A DNA stretch of 64,000 nucleotides from the IMG/VR virus record IMGVR_UViG_3300031132_000234, positions 4,200 to 68,199 of that record. The stretch is one strand, 5' to 3'. A program made the translations under genes and the position numbers. This stretch comes from a virus (taxonomy: Duplodnaviria > Caudoviricetes). How positions within the stretch are numbered: position 1 is the stretch's first letter; every line of letters starts with the position of its first letter. Shown here in pieces: positions 57,177 through 64,000 of the stretch. Below the pieces are notes generated by a model that saw only the letters and a list, made by a program, of their open reading frames with translations, was not told the origin of the DNA and ran no database searches.

Positions 57177-57733
57177 ATGGCCGAGCACCAGTGGGCACCA
57201 TCCGAACACCCCGACGTCACCCTGCACCAGCCCGTCAGTTTCAGCACCGAGCTCGCTGGTGCGCTCACTTCGATCGATCCGCCGCAGCCAGTTTGGGCCG
57301 ACATCGCGTTCGAGCAGATCCCCGGGAAGCTCCACCTGAAGTGCTTCGCGATCGCCAGCAGCGACGTCGCCGTCCTCGTGCATACCGCCTGGCAGGGGAG
57401 ACTGCAGGACGTCCTCGTCGATCGCGATTACGTCACCCAACGTGACCTTGAGCCCCGTACCCGCTGATGGGTCGCCGACGTCGCGATCGGTGGGTGCTCG
57501 GCCCTGCGATCTCACTGCCGGAAGCGGCCTTCGGCGGTCCCGTCTTCGACCTCGCCTCACCGGACCCGGTGTTCGCCTGGCTGATGTTCTCTGACCGTGT
57601 CCTCGAGGTTGAGGCGCGTGTCATCGCCTGGACTGACCGTGCTGTCCTCGTGGAGTGGGGCTTTGGGCAAGCGGCCGAGAGCGCATGGGTGTGGCGCGAC
57701 GCTGTGCGGACTGCGGTTGAATTGGCCATATGA
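57177..57733 (+). CDS. Two tandem paralogous small proteins (57177-57467, 57467-57733)
   Basis: Shared P.PV.A...F...A..D.AVLV...V.RD.V motif. Confidence 0.65.
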
Positions 57734-58044
57734 CCGCATCGATCGGCGAACTCGCTGGCATCCTCCTCGACCTTCACAACGTCAACGACCCTGACGCTGG
57801 CTTCAGCGCCCAGGAAACTGCTTTCAACAGCGTTCTCGAACGTCTCAGCGATTCTGGTGCGCTTTCTGGGACCGTCACCGAGGCAACTGGGGAGTATCAG
57901 GTTGATGTTGGGACATTGCTGGTCGCGATTGCAGGTCTGCAGCACTACCTGATTGAAAATCTTGCAGATGCGAAGAACGTCGATCCTGAGGTGATCCGAT
58001 TCGAACTACGCGAATTCGCTGCGAGTCTCGACGCTCCCGAGTGA
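57730..58044 (+). CDS. Hypothetical acidic protein
   Basis: 104-aa ORF, lower GC. Confidence 0.55.
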   Translation: MTASIGELAGILLDLHNVNDPDAGFSAQETAFNSVLERLSDSGALSGTVTEATGEYQVDVGTLLVAIAGLQHYLIENLADAKNVDPEVIRFELREFAASLDAPE

Positions 58045-58154
58045 CGAGCGTTCGATGAGGCTGACGCGTCCCGAACAGGGGAGCGCGCCAGCAGCGGACC
58101 GTCGGGCATGATGAGCGCATGGGGACTATGACATTTGTACAGCAGCCCGGCCGC

Positions 58155-58781
58155 ATGCGGATCCTGACGCGAGTTCTGCTCGCAATCCTCTTCGGCTGCG
58201 CTCTTGTGTTCGGCACGGCGACCACCGCTCATGCCGCGGACGGCGTGAAGATGCCGAACGTGGTCGGGGTGTCGGCGAAGACAGTTCGTGCTTTCCTGAG
58301 CGAGGAGGGCTTCATCGTGAAGCTCAAGCCCAAGGCGAATGGGCCCGTCATCATGGCTTCGCACTGGAAGGTCACGAAGCAGAGCGTGAAGGCCGGCGAG
58401 GTCGTGGAGGCCGGTGACAAAATAACCCTGACGGTGAAGCTCAAGAAGAAGTACGCGCCGGCGTCGGAGTCTCCGGTAGCCACAGCGACCACCGTGCCGA
58501 CTCCCGCGGCGGAGGCTGACCCCGACACGACTAGCGCTGGTCTCGACGGCGCACATGCTGCCGTCGCCTGTGACCGGTACGGGGACCAGCAGTACCCGTA
58601 CGGCTGGAAGGGCCACATATTCCTTGGGAAGCTCGCGTCAGAGCCCCAGGGTGACCACTACTTCGTCAAGTTCGAAGCCGACATCACGAATGCGTTCGAC
58701 GCCACAGCAAAAGCAACTGTCGACTGCACGATTGGCGGTTCGAATGAGTCACCGGTAGTGACAGGCTTCGACGTCTACTAG
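58155..58781 (+). CDS. Secreted PASTA-domain protein
   Basis: Signal peptide ending AHA, VKMPNVVG PASTA start, Pro/Thr linker, C-terminal domain with two Cys. Confidence 0.8.
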   Translation: MRILTRVLLAILFGCALVFGTATTAHAADGVKMPNVVGVSAKTVRAFLSEEGFIVKLKPKANGPVIMASHWKVTKQSVKAGEVVEAGDKITLTVKLKKKYAPASESPVATATTVPTPAAEADPDTTSAGLDGAHAAVACDRYGDQQYPYGWKGHIFLGKLASEPQGDHYFVKFEADITNAFDATAKATVDCTIGGSNESPVVTGFDVY

Positions 58782-58841
58782 TCCCCTCGACGTCGGATGA
58801 CCCCCTTGTGTCCCGAAGAAACGCGAGGGGGTCTCTTGCGA

Positions 58842-59303
58842 TCACGACGCGGGTGGGGTGCTGACCTTGGGCCGCTGCGGAAGCAAGGCTCGGCGCAGCA
58901 GCCGCTCAGCGGGACGCTCCAGGAAACTGAAGACCAGCCCCGACAGGGCGATACACGCGACGATGACCCACGCGAGGAGCATCAACCCCACAGCAGTCGA
59001 CACCTCATCGTCGCCGGCCAAGTGAACGACCGCGGTGATGACCAGCATCTGGATGAGGTACAACGCGAATAACCACTGCCCGAGCGCCACGTGCACGCGC
59101 CCGCGGAGACCCGCGCCGGCACCCAACAGGTCCGAGGAAGCAGCCGCGACGATGAGCGCGACCGAGACCGGCAAAAACGCGAGATCGAGCAGCCCGTACG
59201 GCAGCGTGTTCAGCCCCAGTCGGCCTGCGAGAACCGAGTTCGCCAGGGACAGCAGCGCGTACCAGGCCGCACCGATGGCAACCACGTACCCGAGCCGGAT
59301 CCT
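58842..59303 (-). pseudogene. Acyltransferase-3 (OafA-like) C-terminal fragment cut by IS
   Basis: LGQWLFALYLIQ...VFSFLERP motifs (G..SY.LYL.H and .E.P type); no 5' part on the other side of the IS. Confidence 0.75.
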
Positions 59304-60403
59304 TGTGATGTCCAAGCAGGTTGTTGAGTCTGCTGATGAGTGGGCCTCCGATGGCGGAGTGGGTCCTGTGGTGATTGTAGAAGTGCAGCCAGCCCGGGAG
59401 CGCCCTTCGGCGTTCGGTCTCTGATCCGTAGAACCGGGCGTAGGCCCAACCCTCACCGAGGGTGCGGTGGAACCGCTCCATCTTCCCGTTCGTCTGCGGC
59501 CGGTAGGGGCGGGTCTTCTTCGGTGTGATCCGGAGTCGCTCGCAGGCGTCAGCCCAGGCGTGGGACTTGTAGGCGGAGCCGTTGTCGGAGAGCACCCGCT
59601 CGACTGTGACACCGCGCTCGGCGAACCAGGCAACAGCTCGTTGCAGGACGCCGATCGCGGTGATCGCCTTCTCGTCGGCGTGGATCTCTGCGTAGGCGAC
59701 GCGGGAGTGGTCATCGATGACGGTGTGCACGAATGCCCGACCCATCAGAGGGTCTCTGGTCACCGATCGTGGTTTGTCCGGTGTCGCTGCCCGGTTCCGG
59801 TCGCCCTGCTGCTTCCCCACGAACCGCCAGCCGCCCCCGTCAGGGATGTTGCCGAACTTCGTCACATCCACGTGGATCATCGCGCCGGGAGCGCTGTGTT
59901 CGTAACGCCGGATCGGCTCCCCGGTAATCCGATCGATGTGAGAGAGCTGGTTGATGCGGCACCGCACCAGGACGGCGTGCACCGTCGATGCCGGCAGGCC
60001 GAGCTCGCCGCCGATCTGCACCGGCCCGAGACGCCGCCGCCACCTCGCTTTCACGATCTGTTTCACCAGGTCGGGCGACGTCTTCGTCGGCATTCGGCGT
60101 GGGCGGCTGGATCGATCCGCCATCCCCGCAGCACCCTCGGTCCGATACCGGGCAGCCCATTTCCGGGCCGTGACGGGTGAGACCATGAACATCTTCGCCG
60201 CCGTGGTCGCGGGCCATCTGCTCTCGACGATCAGCCTGGCGAGACGAAGACGGGCGCGCGGAGTCAGCGCAGCGTTAGCGTGGGACACGAAGGCCTCCTG
60301 GTAGGTGAAGCGGTTCCTAGACAGCTCCACTCCACCACCGGGGGGCCTTCTTCGATCAGCGCGTCAACGACCGCCCAACAACACAACGTCCCTGGACATC
60401 ACA
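59304..60403 (-). mobile_element. IS481-family insertion sequence
   Basis: Terminal IRs TGTGATGTCCA...TGGACATCACA; transposase from GTG 60288 (HANAALTPRARLRL, HVDVTK, DDHSR, SDNG, NGKMER). Confidence 0.95.
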
Positions 60404-60404
60404 A

Positions 60405-60836
60405 CTAGTCGCCGCTCGGATCCGGGTTCAGATTCACTTCACCTTGCCGCAGCAACGGCAACGTGATCGGCGGAAGCGACAGCCGCGCGCTCGATGACTG
60501 GATGATCTCCCGCAGGTACGGGTATACCGACATGACGCCCACGGCTTCGGCGAACTCTCGCGCGACTTCCTCGGAGACATCGTCCGCCTCGGGGAAGCGG
60601 AATTGACTCGCGGCATCGACCTGATAGTGAGCCGCCGTGGTCTTCAGCTCTAGGCGCACACGAACTTCGATCAGCCCCGGATTCTGACCGATCTGCACCT
60701 GGATCGACTGCTCAGCATCCTCGGAGTCGACAGGCGGGGCGGCTCCAGCAATACGTTCGGCCGAGAACCCGTTGACGCGAATGCCGCTGAGTTCTCCCAC
60801 CCCCAGGAGTCCCTTGGCGTCGGCGATCGTGGTCAT
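60405..60836 (-). CDS. SecB-like chaperone
   Basis: C-terminal VYPYLREIIQSSSARLSLPPITLPLL SecB/Rv1957-type motif; coupled to antitoxin. Confidence 0.88.
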   Translation of the reverse strand: MTTIADAKGLLGVGELSGIRVNGFSAERIAGAAPPVDSEDAEQSIQVQIGQNPGLIEVRVRLELKTTAAHYQVDAASQFRFPEADDVSEEVAREFAEAVGVMSVYPYLREIIQSSSARLSLPPITLPLLRQGEVNLNPDPSGD

Positions 60837-61300
60837 GCGGCCTTCCCGAAGTCGTAGCGCTTGCTGTTGCTACCGGCGAACAGTCGGTCGCTCTCGTCGA
60901 AGGTGGCGAGGCGGTTTGCATCGAGCCGGACCTTCACTGTCAAGGACGCGCTCTGGCGGATCGGTCGCACTTCAGCAACCTCCTCCCAGATCGGCTCCGC
61001 GGACTTGGCCCGCTTCGGCATGATGAGATCCAGGCCGCGATCCACTGCTTGCGCGTAGCGGATGAGCGTCGAGAGCCGAACGTCCTTCCTGCCTGCCTCG
61101 ATCTCCGAGACAGCCGACTGGGTCGTGCCCATCCGTTCGGCGACCTGAGCCTGCGACAGCCCCTCACTCTTGCGCGCGGCAAGCAAACCCGCGAAGGACT
61201 GCGCGTAGATCGCGGCTTCCTCGCGAGCACGCCGCACCTCCGCCGACTGCTCGTCGAACCCCAGGTCGCGGAAGAGGTTGATTCCCACTTGTTCCTCCAT
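60833..61300 (-). CDS. higA: HigA-like HTH antitoxin with C-terminal extension
   Basis: GLSQAQVAERMGTTQSAVSEIEAG...RLSTLIRYA Xre HTH plus ~60-aa tail. Confidence 0.88.
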   Translation of the reverse strand: MEEQVGINLFRDLGFDEQSAEVRRAREEAAIYAQSFAGLLAARKSEGLSQAQVAERMGTTQSAVSEIEAGRKDVRLSTLIRYAQAVDRGLDLIMPKRAKSAEPIWEEVAEVRPIRQSASLTVKVRLDANRLATFDESDRLFAGSNSKRYDFGKAA

Positions 61301-61341
61301 TATCGGTATTGAGCGATACTAGCCAGGTTGGCTGAGCCTGG

Positions 61342-61698
61342 CTACGGGTGGAGCCTCTTGTGCCCCTTGAGACGCTTGATGGCAGTCGCGACCCACGCCT
61401 TGTCGAGGTCATTGCGCTTCTTCACCGCGAAGAACAGGGCGACCCACCGAGATCCGTGCTGTGCGTAGAGCAAGCGGTACCACCGCTTGTCCACGTTGAC
61501 CCGCAGCTCGTAGACGCCCTCTCGAACTGATCCGGTCTCGCCTGGCAGGGTCGTCCCGTCCGCGATGCGGCCCATCGCAGCCTCAAGACGGCCGACTGCA
61601 GTTGAAGTCAACTTCGCCTTGCCGATCTCACGCGCCACCGGGCTTGTGGATCCACCAGAGTCGGCATAGTCCCACGTCGAGAGGTCGGGTTCGGACAC
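61342..61698 (-). CDS. higB: HigB/RelE (Gp49-like) toxin
   Basis: GVYELRV...YRLLYA...FAVKK RelE/Gp49 motif; upstream of antitoxin. Confidence 0.88.
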   Translation of the reverse strand: MSEPDLSTWDYADSGGSTSPVAREIGKAKLTSTAVGRLEAAMGRIADGTTLPGETGSVREGVYELRVNVDKRWYRLLYAQHGSRWVALFFAVKKRNDLDKAWVATAIKRLKGHKRLHP

Positions 61699-61763
61699 TG
61701 CGTCCTCCTGAGAGTGGCGAGAGACTGTACAAGCTGCGACACCTTAGCGAATGAACCTCGGGT

Positions 61764-63092
61764 TTACCGAGGTCGGCTCGGCGCGACGCGGATGGTGGCA
61801 GCCTCGATCGACATGTCTTGGATATCCAGGGCAAAGTGTGTCCCGAGTTTGTCCATCGCCTCGCGGGCAGCGCCGGACGACACGTGCTGGTAGCGGCGGG
61901 TGACGGCCTCGGACTGGTGACCGACGATCTCGCCGATGATCTTCGCGTCAACGCCGAGCTCCATGAGGACGGTCGCTGTCGTGTGCCGCGCCCAGTGTGT
62001 GGTCGGTACCGGTGACCCGGGCGCGAGGTGTTCTTCGGCGATTACGCCGGCCTCGAACAGCAGGTCACGCCATGTCTGCTCGTCCTCGCCCCATAGGTAC
62101 GGCTCTCCGTTCGGCTTCCGCCACACGAGACCGTAGGGGTTGGGGCGATCGGCTGTGCTGATCAGGTACCGGCGGAGTGCTTCGGCGAGCGCCGGCATGA
62201 GCGGCACGTAGCGGGGCTTCCCGGACTTCGGTCGGATCAGGCAGAGGCGGCCGTTGAGTTGCTCGTACTCGAACCCGTCTGGGATGCGGAGGCGGCGAGC
62301 GCTGCAAGAACCAGCCCGCGCCTTCCCGCACTTCCACCCGCTGTCGGTGTCCTCCCCGCAGCCGTGTTCGAAGGGAACTTCCGACAGTGCCCACTCGACG
62401 CCGAGCGTGGGTGTCTCGGAGTCGAGGTCGAGGGAGGCGAGCCGCGCGCCGAGGCGTTCGCCCTGGCGGAGGCCGCCGAGCAGGGCGACCCACCACCGCG
62501 TGCCGTCGTCGTGCTCGGCGGCTACTTGCAGTGCGCTCAGCGCCGCCTCGGTGGTCAGTGCGCCACGGTTCGATGCCGCTTGTGCAGGCGCGTCGACGTC
62601 CTCGCAGACGTTCCGCGCCGCGATCCCCTCGACCCGCGCGGACTCGAGCATGAGGGACAGCACCTGGAACGCCTTCCGGGAGGTCGACGACGAGCGCCCA
62701 GCGTCGGCGACTGCCTTCGTCATGATCCGGACGTCCGAAGGCTTGAGGAACGCGACCTTCTTCGCGCCGATGGCGGGGATGATCCAGTTACGAGTCACGG
62801 ACTCGTACGACAGGAGGGTGTTCGGCTTGAGGTTCGGCTTCCCGACGGTCTCAAGCCAGTGGGCGGCCCACTGCTCGACGACGGTCTTCGTGTCGAGGGC
62901 AGTGCCGTGCTGCTTGATCTGGCCCTTGATCGCGTCGAGCTTCCGGCGAGCGCCCTCCTTCGTCTTCGACGTCACGACGCGCTGCCGCCGGCGACCGTCC
63001 GGGTGGAATCCGTCGTCGATCACCGCCCGCCAGAGCTTGCCCCCGCGGATCGCGTAGAGCGCTCCGTCCCCCGAATCTCGCTTCCTCGGCAC
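61764..63092 (-). CDS. int: Tyrosine integrase of the islet
   Basis: GLRQGE, PKSG, HWARH, VGH, RRYQH; GGAGG RBS before GTG 63092. Confidence 0.95.
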   Translation of the reverse strand: MPRKRDSGDGALYAIRGGKLWRAVIDDGFHPDGRRRQRVVTSKTKEGARRKLDAIKGQIKQHGTALDTKTVVEQWAAHWLETVGKPNLKPNTLLSYESVTRNWIIPAIGAKKVAFLKPSDVRIMTKAVADAGRSSSTSRKAFQVLSLMLESARVEGIAARNVCEDVDAPAQAASNRGALTTEAALSALQVAAEHDDGTRWWVALLGGLRQGERLGARLASLDLDSETPTLGVEWALSEVPFEHGCGEDTDSGWKCGKARAGSCSARRLRIPDGFEYEQLNGRLCLIRPKSGKPRYVPLMPALAEALRRYLISTADRPNPYGLVWRKPNGEPYLWGEDEQTWRDLLFEAGVIAEEHLAPGSPVPTTHWARHTTATVLMELGVDAKIIGEIVGHQSEAVTRRYQHVSSGAAREAMDKLGTHFALDIQDMSIEAATIRVAPSRPR

Positions 63093-63243
63093 CGCATCCT
63101 CCTGGTACACACATCAGTACACACACTCAACCGCAACCACATGATTGCGGTTGGCGCATCTGATCGTAGCCCGATCCGCTTATTTCCAGGGAAGTGGGGG
63201 GATCTGGCGACGCTCGCCGTAGTGCCGAGTCTACCGTTCCTAT

Positions 63244-63290
63244 TCACTCGTAATGAATAGGTCGTCGGTTCGATTCCGACGGGAGGCTCC
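63244..63290 (+). repeat. att site: second 3' half of tRNA-Thr(CGT)
   Basis: Same 37-bp core; anticodon stem ATTCA/TGAAT complete, no D arm upstream; followed by hairpin 63293-63324. Confidence 0.92.
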
Positions 63291-63355
63291 GAAACCCCCT
63301 CGTTCCTCCTGGAGCGAGGGGGTTCTCCGTTACCGGGCCGAGCCGGGGCGGGCCG

Positions 63356-63430
63356 GAGCCGAGCCGAGCCGAGCCGAGCCGAGCAGCGTCGACCAGGACA
63401 TGCGCGCACGCACGCACGCACGCACGCACG
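63356..63430. repeat. Short tandem repeats (GAGCC)n and (GCAC)n
   Basis: Visible directly in intergenic host DNA. Confidence 0.85.
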
Positions 63431-63464
63431 CCGACGATCACCCGTCCCCACGCCGGGAGGCCCG

Positions 63465-64000
63465 TCACCGGCACTCGTGCACGCGCGCCTCCCACGGACG
63501 CAACCGCCCGGCGACCGCCGGCTCGCCGAGGTTCCCCAGCACCAACGCCCCCACGCGCCTCCCGACCGACTCCGGCAGCTCCAGGTCAGACGCCGACAGG
63601 TTCGCGACCACGACGAGCGGTGCCTCGTCCGCGTCGGGGAGCGCCCGCGTGAACGCCCACAGCGCGGGGTGCTCCGGCTCGAGCAGCGCGAAGCTCCCGA
63701 GCCGCACGGTGCGGGAGCGGTGCCGCAGGTCGATGAGCCGACGGTGGTGTTCGTACACCGAGCGGTCCCCGGCGGCCCGGTCACCGGCGACGGTGACCCG
63801 CGGCCAGCCCTGCCCCATCCCGATCCACGGTTCGGCGGTGGAGAACCCGCCGGCGGGCTCGCTGTCGTCCCAGGGGATGGGCGTCCGGGCGTTGTCGCGA
63901 CTGCGGAAGGCGAGGGCCTCGATCGCTTCGGACTCGGGCATCCCGCCGCCGACGGCTCCGCGGAACCAGTTCAGCGACTCGACGTCCCGGTACTCGTCGA
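63465..64000 (-). CDS. GH13 alpha-glucosidase / oligo-1,6-glucosidase C-terminus (host gene)
   Basis: SRDNARTPIPWD...GGFST.EPW, SVYEHHRRLIDLR, VVANLS. Confidence 0.9.
   Translation of the reverse strand, partial: DEYRDVESLNWFRGAVGGGMPESEAIEALAFRSRDNARTPIPWDDSEPAGGFSTAEPWIGMGQGWPRVTVAGDRAAGDRSVYEHHRRLIDLRHRSRTVRLGSFALLEPEHPALWAFTRALPDADEAPLVVVANLSASDLELPESVGRRVGALVLGNLGEPAVAGRLRPWEARVHECR

Larger units (their letters stand above)
56989..63290. mobile_element. Second integrative islet (~6.3 kb) at tRNA-Thr
   Basis: 37-bp direct repeats at both ends, own integrase, GT(G/A)CACACA tandem repeats just inside both ends (57099/57111, 63105/63117). Confidence 0.88.

Noticed and set aside
58842-59714. 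290-aa membrane ORF
   Set aside because: Chimera of an alternative IS frame and the acyltransferase fragment across the IS end at 59304
57036-63243. PICI/phage satellite
   Set aside because: No primase, replication, capsid or terminase genes in the islet; they may have been deleted, but there is no evidence here
63200-63290. Complete tRNA-Thr gene
   Set aside because: No acceptor 5' strand or D arm upstream of the anticodon stem; it is an att remnant, as is 56989-57035

Overview
High-GC actinobacterial chromosome segment (Microbacteriaceae-like, by inference). Bases 1 to ~57035 are a temperate siphovirus-type prophage whose left end lies outside the window. Its head module (TerL, portal, protease/scaffold, decoration, major capsid, head-tail adaptor) runs leftward off base 1. 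Its tail and lysis module sits at 40-54.6 kb, with xis, integrase and an att site between them on the circular map, so attP splits the virion operon. The rightward arm (15.7-38.7 kb) holds many small early genes plus a helicase, MazG-like protein, DnaQ-like exonuclease, PNK, RNA ligase, WhiB, Cas4-like nuclease, AAA/SSB, primase-polymerase, C5 methyltransferase and RuvC-like protein. Accessory genes include a DGQHR plus GIY-YIG pair, a second RNA ligase, an Acb2/Tad1-like sponge and a tRNA-shaped RNA with a ~22-nt structured insert in place of the anticodon loop. A 12-bp palindrome, TTAGYCGRCTAA, recurs across the prophage, and most structural genes have leaderless-type promoters. A second ~6.3 kb integrative islet (56989-63290) is stacked at the same tRNA-Thr(CGT) 3' end. 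It carries its own integrase, a HigB-HigA-SecB toxin-antitoxin-chaperone module, an IS481-family element and a truncated acyltransferase. The window ends in a host GH13 alpha-glucosidase. All functional calls come from manual motif reading; no database searches were run.
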